A stretch of 64,000 nt of DNA, from positions 10,516,651 to 10,580,650 of the forward strand of contig CM120647.1 of assembly GCA_051362555.1 (NCBI GenBank), written 5' to 3'. Positions 1 through 12,398 of this stretch are shown here, piece after piece. Within the stretch, counting starts at the first letter, position 1; each line of letters starts with the position of its first letter. The stretch comes from Lingula anatina. Its lineage: Eukaryota; Animalia; Brachiopoda. A model generated the notes under the pieces. That model searched no databases and was not told the DNA's origin. It saw only the letters and a program-made list of their open reading frames with translations. The translations under genes were made by a program, and so were the position numbers.

Positions 1-30
1 AGAGATTTTCGTAAGGTCCGGATATGGCAG

Positions 31-93
31 TTTTCTTCAATTTTGGCCAGGTAGGGATGAAAAATTTTTTTCTTCAATATTGTGTCAGGTAGG
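31..93 (+). repeat. Internal degenerate direct repeat within the monomer (~37-38 bp offset)
   Basis: 31-55 ttttcttcaattttggccaggtagg aligns to 68-93 ttttcttcaatattgtgtcaggtagg, about 23 of 26 columns identical. Confidence 0.85.
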
Positions 94-171
94 TGTGTTT
101 GGTCATTTGTAGTGAGGGTAAAGTGCTGGAAGAGTGATTGTGTCATTATTTAGGAAGAAATAGAGCAAAAA

Positions 172-195
172 CTCTCTCCACCCCCCCTCTCTCCA
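172..195 (+). repeat. Polypyrimidine tract: ctctctcca direct repeat around a C7 run
   Basis: ctctctcca occurs at 172-180 and 187-195, with C7 at 181-187. The C-run length varies (6-9) among copies. Confidence 0.9.
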
Positions 196-228
196 AATCC
201 TGTTCTCAGGTGTGCTTTCTGGCAATCT

Positions 229-253
229 TTAAAGCTGAAATTGGGGGCTTTAA
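229..253. other. Inverted repeat (7-bp stem, 11-nt spacer) in each monomer
   Basis: ttaaagc (229-235) is the reverse complement of gctttaa (247-253). Confidence 0.75.
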
Positions 254-255
254 TG

Positions 256-349
256 AAGTGACCCGGGCGCGTTTCCACATTTTTTATGAATGTCAGGTGT
301 GGTAAATTAATTTTCATCACTTTTTGGAAAAATTGGTGACGGGTCATTT
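256..349. other. Imperfect ~90-bp dyad symmetry in each monomer
   Basis: Nested complementary pairs tgacccg 259-265/cgggtca 340-346, tttcca 272-277/tggaaa 325-330 and atgaa 286-290/ttcat 313-317, all centred near 301-302. Confidence 0.6.
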
Positions 350-3300
350 TTGGGTGATTTTGAGAGATTTTCGTAAGGTCCGGATATGGCAGTTTTCTTC
401 AATTTTGGCCAGGTAGGGATGAAAAATTTTTTTCTTCAATATTGTGTCAGGTAGGTGTGTTTGGTCATTTGTAGTGAGGGTAAAGTGCTGGAAGAGTGAT
501 TGTGTCATTATTTAGGAAGAAATAGAGCAAAAACTCTCTCCACCCCCCCTCTCTCCAAATCCTGTTCTCAGGTGTGCTTTCTGGCAATCTTTAAAGCTGA
601 AATTGGGGGCTTTAATGAAGTGACCCGGGCGCGTTTCCACATTTTTTATGAATGTCAGGTGTGGTAAATTAATTTTCATCACTTTTTGGAAAAATTGGTG
701 ACGGGTCATTTTTGGGTGATTTTGAGAGATTTTCGTAAGGTCCGGATATGGCAGTTTTCTTCAATTTTGGCCAGGTAGGGATGAAAAATTTTTTTCTTCA
801 ATATTGTGTCAGGTAGGTGTGTTTGGTCATTTGTAGTGAGGGTAAAGTGCTGGAAGAGTGATTGTGTCATTATTTAGGAAGAAATAGAGCAAAAACTCTC
901 TCCACCCCCCCTCTCTCCAAATCCTGTTCTCAGGTGTGCTTTCTGGCAATCTTTAAAGCTGAAATTGGGGGCTTTAATGAAGTGACCCGGGCGCGTTTCC
1001 ACATTTTTTATGAATGTCAGGTGTGGTAAATTAATTTTCATCACTTTTTGGAAAAATTGGTGACGGGTCATTTTTGGGTGATTTTGAGAGATTTTCGTAA
1101 GGTCCGGATATGGCAGTTTTCTTCAATTTTGGCCAGGTAGGGATGAAAAATTTTTTTCTTCAATATTGTGTCAGGTAGGTGTGTTTGGTCATTTGTAGTG
1201 AGGGTAAAGTGCTGGAAGAGTGATTGTGTCATTATTTAGGAAGAAATAGAGCAAAAACTCTCTCCACCCCCCCTCTCTCCAAATCCTGTTCTCAGGTGTG
1301 CTTTCTGGCAATCTTTAAAGCTGAAATTGGGGGCTTTAATGAAGTGACCCGGGCGCGTTTCCACATTTTTTATGAATGTCAGGTGTGGTAAATTAATTTT
1401 CATCACTTTTTGGAAAAATTGGTGACGGGTCATTTTTGGGTGATTTTGAGAGATTTTCGTAAGGTCCGGATATGGCAGTTTTCTTCAATTTTGGCCAGGT
1501 AGGGATGAAAAATTTTTTTCTTCAATATTGTGTCAGGTAGGTGTGTTTGGTCATTTGTAGTGAGGGTAAAGTGCTGGAAGAGTGATTGTGTCATTATTTA
1601 GGAAGAAATAGAGCAAAAACTCTCTCCACCCCCCCTCTCTCCAAATCCTGTTCTCAGGTGTGCTTTCTGGCAATCTTTAAAGCTGAAATTGGGGGCTTTA
1701 ATGAAGTGACCCGGGCGCGTTTCCACATTTTTTATGAATGTCAGGTGTGGTAAATTAATTTTCATCACTTTTTGGAAAAATTGGTGACGGGTCATTTTTG
1801 GGTGATTTTGAGAGATTTTCGTAAGGTCCGGATATGGCAGTTTTCTTCAATTTTGGCCAGGTAGGGATGAAAAATTTTTTTCTTCAATATTGTGTCAGGT
1901 AGGTGTGTTTGGTCATTTGTAGTGAGGGTAAAGTGCTGGAAGAGTGATTGTGTCATTATTTAGGAAGAAATAGAGCAAAAACTCTCTCCACCCCCCCTCT
2001 CTCCAAATCCTGTTCTCAGGTGTGCTTTCTGGCAATCTTTAAAGCTGAAATTGGGGGCTTTAATGAAGTGACCCGGGCGCGTTTCCACATTTTTTATGAA
2101 TGTCAGGTGTGGTAAATTAATTTTCATCACTTTTTGGAAAAATTGGTGACGGGTCATTTTTGGGTGATTTTGAGAGATTTTCGTAAGGTCCGGATATGGC
2201 AGTTTTCTTCAATTTTGGCCAGGTAGGGATGAAAAATTTTTTTCTTCAATATTGTGTCAGGTAGGTGTGTTTGGTCATTTGTAGTGAGGGTAAAGTGCTG
2301 GAAGAGTGATTGTGTCATTATTTAGGAAGAAATAGAGCAAAAACTCTCTCCACCCCCCCTCTCTCCAAATCCTGTTCTCAGGTGTGCTTTCTGGCAATCT
2401 TTAAAGCTGAAATTGGGGGCTTTAATGAAGTGACCCGGGCGCGTTTCCACATTTTTTATGAATGTCAGGTGTGGTAAATTAATTTTCATCACTTTTTGGA
2501 AAAATTGGTGACGGGTCATTTTTGGGTGATTTTGAGAGATTTTCGTAAGGTCCGGATATGGCAGTTTTCTTCAATTTTGGCCAGGTAGGGATGAAAAATT
2601 TTTTTCTTCAATATTGTGTCAGGTAGGTGTGTTTGGTCATTTGTAGTGAGGGTAAAGTGCTGGAAGAGTGATTGTGTCATTATTTAGGAAGAAATAGAGC
2701 AAAAACTCTCTCCACCCCCCCTCTCTCCAAATCCTGTTCTCAGGTGTGCTTTCTGGCAATCTTTAAAGCTGAAATTGGGGGCTTTAATGAAGTGACCCGG
2801 GCGCGTTTCCACATTTTTTATGAATGTCAGGTGTGGTAAATTAATTTTCATCACTTTTTGGAAAAATTGGTGACGGGTCATTTTTGGGTGATTTTGAGAG
2901 ATTTTCGTAAGGTCCGGATATGGCAGTTTTCTTCAATTTTGGCCAGGTAGGGATGAAAAATTTTTTTCTTCAATATTGTGTCAGGTAGGTGTGTTTGGTC
3001 ATTTGTAGTGAGGGTAAAGTGCTGGAAGAGTGATTGTGTCATTATTTAGGAAGAAATAGAGCAAAAACTCTCTCCACCCCCCCTCTCTCCAAATCCTGTT
3101 CTCAGGTGTGCTTTCTGGCAATCTTTAAAGCTGAAATTGGGGGCTTTAATGAAGTGACCCGGGCGCGTTTCCACATTTTTTATGAATGTCAGGTGTGGTA
3201 AATTAATTTTCATCACTTTTTGGAAAAATTGGTGACGGGTCATTTTTGGGTGATTTTGAGAGATTTTCGTAAGGTCCGGATATGGCAGTTTTCTTCAATT

Positions 3301-6300
3301 TTGGCCAGGTAGGGATGAAAAATTTTTTTCTTCAATATTGTGTCAGGTAGGTGTGTTTGGTCATTTGTAGTGAGGGTAAAGTGCTGGAAGAGTGATTGTG
3401 TCATTATTTAGGAAGAAATAGAGCAAAAACTCTCTCCACCCCCCCTCTCTCCAAATCCTGTTCTCAGGTGTGCTTTCTGGCAATCTTTAAAGCTGAAATT
3501 GGGGGCTTTAATGAAGTGACCCGGGCGCGTTTCCACATTTTTTATGAATGTCAGGTGTGGTAAATTAATTTTCATCACTTTTTGGAAAAATTGGTGACGG
3601 GTCATTTTTGGGTGATTTTGAGAGATTTTCGTAAGGTCCGGATATGGCAGTTTTCTTCAATTTTGGCCAGGTAGGGATGAAAAATTTTTTTCTTCAATAT
3701 TGTGTCAGGTAGGTGTGTTTGGTCATTTGTAGTGAGGGTAAAGTGCTGGAAGAGTGATTGTGTCATTATTTAGGAAGAAATAGAGCAAAAACTCTCTCCA
3801 CCCCCCCTCTCTCCAAATCCTGTTCTCAGGTGTGCTTTCTGGCAATCTTTAAAGCTGAAATTGGGGGCTTTAATGAAGTGACCCGGGCGCGTTTCCACAT
3901 TTTTTATGAATGTCAGGTGTGGTAAATTAATTTTCATCACTTTTTGGAAAAATTGGTGACGGGTCATTTTTGGGTGATTTTGAGAGATTTTCGTAAGGTC
4001 CGGATATGGCAGTTTTCTTCAATTTTGGCCAGGTAGGGATGAAAAATTTTTTTCTTCAATATTGTGTCAGGTAGGTGTGTTTGGTCATTTGTAGTGAGGG
4101 TAAAGTGCTGGAAGAGTGATTGTGTCATTATTTAGGAAGAAATAGAGCAAAAACTCTCTCCACCCCCCCTCTCTCCAAATCCTGTTCTCAGGTGTGCTTT
4201 CTGGCAATCTTTAAAGCTGAAATTGGGGGCTTTAATGAAGTGACCCGGGCGCGTTTCCACATTTTTTATGAATGTCAGGTGTGGTAAATTAATTTTCATC
4301 ACTTTTTGGAAAAATTGGTGACGGGTCATTTTTGGGTGATTTTGAGAGATTTTCGTAAGGTCCGGATATGGCAGTTTTCTTCAATTTTGGCCAGGTAGGG
4401 ATGAAAAATTTTTTTCTTCAATATTGTGTCAGGTAGGTGTGTTTGGTCATTTGTAGTGAGGGTAAAGTGCTGGAAGAGTGATTGTGTCATTATTTAGGAA
4501 GAAATAGAGCAAAAACTCTCTCCACCCCCCCTCTCTCCAAATCCTGTTCTCAGGTGTGCTTTCTGGCAATCTTTAAAGCTGAAATTGGGGGCTTTAATGA
4601 AGTGACCCGGGCGCGTTTCCACATTTTTTATGAATGTCAGGTGTGGTAAATTAATTTTCTTTCATCACTTTTTGGAAAAATTGGTGACGGGTCATTTTTG
4701 GGTGATTTTGAGAGATTTTCGTAAGGTCCGGATATGGCAGTTTTCTTCAATTTTGGCCAGGTAGGGATGAAAAATTTTTTTCTTCAATATTGTGTCAGGT
4801 AGGTGTGTTTGGTCATTTGTAGTGAGGGTAAAGTGCTGGAAGAGTGATTGTGTCATTATTTAGGAAGAAATAGAGCAAAAACTCTCTCCACCCCCCCTCT
4901 CTCCAAATCCTGTTCTCAGGTGTGCTTTCTGGCAATCTTTAAAGCTGAAATTGGGGGCTTTAATGAAGTGACCCGGGCGCGTTTCCACATTTTTTATGAA
5001 TGTCAGGTGTGGTAAATTAATTTTCATCACTTTTTGGAAAAATTGGTGACGGGTCATTTTTGGGTGATTTTGAGAGATTTTCGTAAGGTCCGGATATGGC
5101 AGTTTTCTTCAATTTTGGCCAGGTAGGGATGAAAAATTTTTTTCTTCAATATTGTGTCAGGTAGGTGTGTTTGGTCATTTGTAGTGAGGGTAAAGTGCTG
5201 GAAGAGTGATTGTGTCATTATTTAGGAAGAAATAGAGCAAAAACTCTCTCCACCCCCCCTCTCTCCAAATCCTGTTCTCAGGTGTGCTTTCTGGCAATCT
5301 TTAAAGCTGAAATTGGGGGCTTTAATGAAGTGACCCGGGCGCGTTTCCACATTTTTTATGAATGTCAGGTGTGGTAAATTAATTTTCATCACTTTTTGGA
5401 AAAATTGGTGACGGGTCATTTTTGGGTGATTTTGAGAGATTTTCGTAAGGTCCGGATATGGCAGTTTTCTTCAATTTTGGCCAGGTAGGGATGAAAAATT
5501 TTTTTCTTCAATATTGTGTCAGGTAGGTGTGTTTGGTCATTTGTAGTGAGGGTAAAGTGCTGGAAGAGTGATTGTGTCATTATTTAGGAAGAAATAGAGC
5601 AAAAACTCTCTCCACCCCCCCTCTCTCCAAATCCTGTTCTCAGGTGTGCTTTCTGGCAATCTTTAAAGCTGAAATTGGGGGCTTTAATGAAGTGACCCGG
5701 GCGCGTTTCCACATTTTTTATGAATGTCAGGTGTGGTAAATTAATTTTCATCACTTTTTGGAAAAATTGGTGACGGGTCATTTTTGGGTGATTTTGAGAG
5801 ATTTTCGTAAGGTCCGGATATGGCAGTTTTCTTCAATTTTGGCCAGGTAGGGATGAAAAATTTTTTTCTTCAATATTGTGTCAGGTAGGTGTGTTTGGTC
5901 ATTTGTAGTGAGGGTAAAGTGCTGGAAGAGTGATTGTGTCATTATTTAGGAAGAAATAGAGCAAAAACTCTCTCCACCCCCCCTCTCTCCAAATCCTGTT
6001 CTCAGGTGTGCTTTCTGGCAATCTTTAAAGCTGAAATTGGGGGCTTTAATGAAGTGACCCGGGCGCGTTTCCACATTTTTTATGAATGTCAGGTGTGGTA
6101 AATTAATTTTCATCACTTTTGGAAAAATTGGTGACGGGTCATTTTTGGGTGATTTTGAGAGATTTTCGTAAGGTCCGGATATGGCAGTTTTCTTCAATTT
6201 TGGCCAGGTAGGGATGAAAAATTTTTTTCTTCAATATTGTGTCAGGTAGGTGTGTTTGGTCATTTGTAGTGAGGGTAAAGTGCTGGAAGAGTGATTGTGT

Positions 6301-9300
6301 CATTATTTAGGAAGAAATAGAGCAAAAACTCTCTCCACCCCCCCTCTCTCCAAATCCTGTTCTCAGGTGTGCTTTCTGGCAATCTTTAAAGCTGAAATTG
6401 GGGGCTTTAATGAAGTGACCCGGGCGCGTTTCCACATTTTTTATGAATGTCAGGTGTGGTAAATTAATTTTCATCACTTTTTGGAAAAATTGGTGACGGG
6501 TCATTTTGGGTGATTTTGAGAGATTTTCGTAAGGTCCGGATATGGCAGTTTTCTTCAATTTTGGCCAGGTAGGGATGAAAAATTTTTTTTCTTCAATATT
6601 GTGTCAGGTAGGTGTGTTTGGTCATTTGTAGTGAGGGTAAGTGCTGGAAGAGTGATTGTGTCATTATTTAGGAAGAAATAGAGCAAAAACTCTCTCCACC
6701 CCCCCTCTCTCCAAATCCTGTTCTCAGGTGTGCTTTCTGGCAATCTTTAAAGCTGAAATTGGGGGCTTTAATGAAGTGACCCGGGCGCGTTTCCACATTT
6801 TTTATGAATGTCAGGTGTGGTAAATTAATTTTCATCACTTTTTGGAAAAATTGGTGACGGGTCATTTTTGGGTGATTTTGAGAGATTTTCGTAAGGTCCG
6901 GATATGGCAGTTTTCTTCAATTTTGGCCAGGTAGGGATGAAAAATTTTTTTTCTTCAATATTGTGTCAGGTAGGTGTGTTTGGTCATTTGTAGTGAGGGT
7001 AAAGTGCTGGAAGAGTGATTGTGTCATTATTTAGGAAGAAATAGAGCAAAAACTCTCTCCACCCCCCCTCTCTCCAAATCCTGTTCTCAGGTGTGCTTTC
7101 TGGCAATCTTTAAAGCTGAAATTGGGGGCTTTAATGAAGTGACCCGGGCGCGTTTCCACATTTTTTATGAATGTCAGGTGTGGTAAATTAATTTTCATCA
7201 CTTTTTGGAAAAATTGGTGACGGGTCATTTTTGGGTGATTTTGAGAGATTTTCGTAAGGTCCGGATTATGGCAGTTTTCTTCAATTTTGGCCAGGTAGGG
7301 ATGAAAAATTTTTTTCTTCAATATTGTGTCAGGTAGGTGTGTTTGGTCATTTGTAGTGAGGGTAAAGTGCTGGAAGAGTGATTGTGTCATTTAGGAAGAA
7401 ATAGAGCAAAAACTCTCTCCACCCCCCCCTCTCTCCAAATCCTGTTCTCAGGTGTGCTTTCTGGCAATCTTTAAAGCTGAAATTGGGGGCTTTAATGAAG
7501 TGACCCGGGCGCGTTTCCACATTTTTTATGAATGTCAGGTGTGGTAAATTAATTTTCATCACTTTTTGGAAAAATTGGTGACGGGTCATTTTTGGGTGAT
7601 TTTGAGAGATTTTCGTAAGGTCCGGATATGGCAGTTTTCTTCAATTTTGGCCAGGTAGGGATGAAAAATTTTTTTCTTCAATATTGTGTCAGGTAGGTGG
7701 TTTGGTCATTTGTAGTGAGGGTAAAGTGCTGGAAGAGTGATTGTGTCATTATTTAGGAAGAAATAGAGCAAAAACTCTCTCCACCCCCCCTCTCTCCAAA
7801 TCCTGTTCTCAGGTGTGCTTTCTGGCAATCTTTAAAGCTGAAATTGGGGGCTTTAATGAAGTGACCCGGGCGCGTTTCCACATTTTTTATGAATGTCAGG
7901 TGTGGTAAATTAATTTTCATCACTTTTTGGAAAAATTGGTGACGGGTCATTTTTGGGTGATTTTGAGAGATTTTCGTAAGGTCCGGATATGGCAGTTTTC
8001 TTCAATTTTGGCCAGGTAGGGATGAAAAATTTTTTTCTTCAATATTGTGTCAGGTAGGTGTGTTTGGTCATTTGTAGTGAGGGTAAAGTGCTGGAAGAGT
8101 GATTGTGTCATTATTTAGGAAGAAATAGAGCAAAAACTCTCTCCACCCCCCCTCTCTCCAAATCCTGTTCTCAGGTGTGCTTTCTGGCAATCTTTAAAGC
8201 TGAAATTGGGGGCTTTAATGAAGTGACCCGGGCGCGTTTCCACATTTTTTATGAATGTCAGGTGTGGTAAATTAATTTTCATCACTTTTTGGAAAAATTG
8301 GTGACGGGTCATTTTTGGGTGATTTTGAGAGATTTTCGTAAGGTCCGGATATGGCAGTTTTCTTCAATTTTGGCCAGGTAGGGATGAAAAATTTTTTTCT
8401 TCAATATTGTGTCAGGTAGGTGTGTTTGGTCATTTGTAGTGAGGGTAAAGTGCTGGAAGAGTGATTGTGTCATTATTTAGGAAGAAATAGAGCAAAAACT
8501 CTCTCCACCCCCCCTCTCTCCAAATCCTGTTCTCAGGTGTGCTTTCTGGCAATCTTTAAAGCTGAAATTGGGGGCTTTAATGAAGTGACCCGGGCGCGTT
8601 TCCACATTTTTTATGAATGTCAGGTGTGGTAAATTAATTTTCATCACTTTTTGGAAAAATTGGTGACGGGTCATTTTTGGGTGATTTTGAGAGATTTTCG
8701 TAAGGTCGGATATGGCAGTTTTCTTCAATTTTGGCCAGGTAGGGATGAAAAATTTTTTTCTTCAATATTGTGTCAGGTAGGTGTGTTTGGTCATTTGTAG
8801 TGAGGGTAAAGTGCTGGAAGAGTGATTGTGTCATTATTTAGGAAGAAATAGAGCAAAAACTCTCTCCACCCCCCCTCTCTCCAAATCCTGTTCTCAGGTG
8901 TGCTTTCTGGCAATCTTTAAAGCTGAAATTGGGGGCTTTAATGAAGTGACCCGGGCGCGTTTCCACATTTTTTATGAATGTCAGGTGTGGTAAATTAATT
9001 TTCATCACTTTTTGGAAAAATTGGTGACGGGTCATTTTTGGGTGATTTTGAGAGATTTTCGTAAGGTCCGGATATGGCAGTTTTCTTCAATTTTGGCCAG
9101 GTAGGGATGAAAAATTTTTTTCTTCAATATTGTGTCAGGTAGGTGTGTTTGGTCATTTGTAGTGAGGGTAAAGTGCTGGAAGAGTGATTGTGTCATTATT
9201 TAGGAAGAAATAGAGCAAAAACTCTCTCCACCCCCCCTCTCTCCAAATCCTGTTCTCAGGTGTGCTTTCTGGCAATCTTTAAAGCTGAAATTGGGGGCTT

Positions 9301-12300
9301 TAATGAAGTGACCCGGGCGCGTTTCCACATTTTTTATGAATGTCAGGTGTGGTAAATTAATTTTCATCACTTTTTGGAAAAATTGGTGACGGGTCATTTT
9401 TGGGTGATTTTGAGAGATTTTCGTAAGGTCCGGATATGGCAGTTTTCTTCAATTTTGGCCAGGTAGGGATGAAAAATTTTTTTCTTCAATATTGTGTCAG
9501 GTAGGTGTGTTTGGTCATTTGTAGTGAGGGTAAAGTGCTGGAAGAGTGATTGTGTCATTATTTAGGAAGAAATAGAGCAAAAACTCTCTCCACCCCCCCT
9601 CTCTCCAAATCCTGTTCTCAGGTGTGCTTTCTGGCAATCTTTAAAGCTGAAATTGGGGGCTTTAATGAAGTGACCCGGGCGCGTTTCCACATTTTTTATG
9701 AATGTCAGGTGTGGTAAATTAATTTTCATCACTTTTTGGAAAAATTGGTGACGGGTCATTTTTGGGTGATTTTGAGAGATTTTCGTAAGGTCCGGATATG
9801 GCAGTTTTCTTCAATTTTGGCCAGGTAGGGATGAAAAATTTTTTTCTTCAATATTGTGTCAGGTAGGTGTGTTTGGTCATTTGTAGTGAGGGTAAAGTGC
9901 TGGAAGAGTGATTGTGTCATTATTTAGGAAGAAATAGAGCAAAAACTCTCTCCACCCCCCCTCTCTCCAAATCCTGTTCTCAGGTGTGCTTTCTGGCAAT
10001 CTTTAAAGCTGAAATTGGGGGCTTTAATGAAGTGACCCGGGCGCGTTTCCACATTTTTTATGAATGTCAGGTGTGGTAAATTAATTTTCATCACTTTTTG
10101 GAAAAATTGGTGACGGGTCATTTTTGGGTGATTTTGAGAGATTTTCGTAAGGTCCGGATATGGCAGTTTTCTTCAATTTTGGCCAGGTAGGGATGAAAAA
10201 TTTTTTTCTTCAATATTGTGTCAGGTAGGTGTGTTTGGTCATTTGTAGTGAGGGTAAAGTGCTGGAAGAGTGATTGTGTCATTATTTAGGAAGAAATAGA
10301 GCAAAAACTCTCTCCACCCCCCCTCTCTCCAAATCCTGTTCTCAGGTGTGCTTTCTGGCAATCTTTAAAGCTGAAATTGGGGGCTTTAATGAAGTGACCC
10401 GGGCGCGTTTCCACATTTTTTATGAATGTCAGGTGTGGTAAATTAATTTTCATCACTTTTTGGAAAAATTGGTGACGGGTCATTTTTGGGTGATTTTGAG
10501 AGATTTTCGTAAGGTCCGGATATGGCAGTTTTCTTCAATTTTGGCCAGGTAGGGATGAAAAATTTTTTTCTTCAATATTGTGTCAGGTAGGTGTGTTTGG
10601 TCATTTGTAGTGAGGGTAAAGTGCTGGAAGAGTGATTGTGTCATTATTTAGGAAGAAATAGAGCAAAAACTCTCTCCACCCCCCCTCTCTCCAAATCCTG
10701 TTCTCAGGTGTGCTTTCTGGCAATCTTTAAAGCTGAAATTGGGGGCTTTAATGAAGTGACCCGGGCGCGTTTCCACATTTTTTATGAATGTCAGGTGTGG
10801 TAAATTAATTTTCATCACTTTTTGGAAAAATTGGTGACGGGTCATTTTTGGGTGATTTTGAGAGATTTTCGTAAGGTCCGGATATGGCAGTTTTCTTCAA
10901 TTTTGGCCAGGTAGGGATGAAAAATTTTTTTCTTCAATATTGTGTCAGGTAGGTGTGTTTGGTCATTTGTAGTGAGGGTAAAGTGCTGGAAGAGTGATTG
11001 TGTCATTATTTAGGAAGAAATAGAGCAAAAACTCTCTCCACCCCCCCTCTCTCCAAATCCTGTTCTCAGGTGTGCTTTCTGGCAATCTTTAAAGCTGAAA
11101 TTGGGGGCTTTAATGAAGTGACCCGGGCGCGTTTCCACATTTTTTATGAATGTCAGGTGTGGTAAATTAATTTTCATCACTTTTTGGAAAAATTGGTGAC
11201 GGGTCATTTTTGGGTGATTTTGAGAGATTTTCGTAAGGTCCGGATATGGCAGTTTTCTTCAATTTTGGCCAGGTAGGGATGAAAAATTTTTTTCTTCAAT
11301 ATTGTGTCAGGTAGGTGTGTTTGGTCATTTGTAGTGAGGGTAAAGTGCTGGAAGAGTGATTGTGTCATTATTTAGGAAGAAATAGAGCAAAAACTCTCTC
11401 CACCCCCCCTCTCTCCAAATCCTGTTCTCAGGTGTGCTTTCTGGCAATCTTTAAAGCTGAAATTGGGGGCTTTAATGAAGTGACCCGGGCGCGTTTCCAC
11501 ATTTTTTATGAATGTCAGGTGTGGTAAATTAATTTTCATCACTTTTTGGAAAAATTGGTGACGGGTCATTTTTGGGTGATTTTGAGAGATTTTCGTAAGG
11601 TCCGGATATGGCAGTTTTCTTCAATTTTGGCCAGGTAGGGATGAAAAATTTTTTTCTTCAATATTGTGTCAGGTAGGTGTGTTTGGTCATTTGTAGTGAG
11701 GGTAAAGTGCTGGAAGAGTGATTGTGTCATTATTTAGGAAGAAATAGAGCAAAAACTCTCTCCACCCCCCCTCTCTCCAAATCCTGTTCTCAGGTGTGCT
11801 TTCTGGCAATCTTTAAAGCTGAAATTGGGGGCTTTAATGAAGTGACCCGGGCGCGTTTCCACATTTTTTATGAATGTCAGGTGTGGTAAATTAATTTTCA
11901 TCACTTTTTGGAAAAATTGGTGACGGGTCATTTTTGGGTGATTTTGAGAGATTTTCGTAAGGTCCGGATATGGCAGTTTTCTTCAATTTTGGCCAGGTAG
12001 GGATGAAAAATTTTTTTCTTCAATATTGTGTCAGGTAGGTGTGTTTGGTCATTTGTAGTGAGGGTAAAGTGCTGGAAGAGTGATTGTGTCATTATTTAGG
12101 AAGAAATAGAGCAAAAACTCTCTCCACCCCCCCTCTCTCCAAATCCTGTTCTCAGGTGTGCTTTCTGGCAATCTTTAAAGCTGAAATTGGGGGCTTTAAT
12201 GAAGTGACCCGGGCGCGTTTCCACATTTTTTATGAATGTCAGGTGTGGTAAATTAATTTTCATCACTTTTTGGAAAAATTGGTGACGGGTCATTTTTGGG

Positions 12301-12398
12301 TGATTTTGAGAGATTTTCGTAAGGTCCGGATATGGCAGTTTTCTTCAATTTTGGCCAGGTAGGGATGAAAATTTTTTTTCTTCAATATTGTGTCAGGT

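Larger units (their letters stand above)
1..362 (+). repeat. Representative consensus monomer (arbitrary phase)
   Basis: Matches the majority base in copies across the window. Hand count about 145/362 G+C (G ~90, C ~55). Six CpGs, at monomer positions 10, 19, 264, 268, 270 and 340. Confidence 0.97.

Noticed and set aside
48-94. CAG/GTAGG splice-donor-like motifs
   Set aside because: No exon or gene context; short matches alone do not support splicing.
172-195. G-quadruplex on the minus strand
   Set aside because: There is one G7 run with flanking GG pairs, not four G3+ tracts within short loops. At most a weak two-tier structure.
1-362. Tandem 5S rRNA, tRNA, snRNA or spliced-leader gene unit
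   Set aside because: I recognise no 5S, tRNA cloverleaf, U snRNA or SL sequence on either strand. An Rfam/Infernal search would be the decisive test.
1-362. Assignment to similarly sized known satellites (Drosophila 359-bp 1.688 family, Tribolium ~360-bp TCAST) or to alpha satellite with a CENP-B box
   Set aside because: Only the length is similar. Those insect satellites are much more AT-rich than ~40% GC, and I see no recognisable sequence match or canonical CENP-B box.
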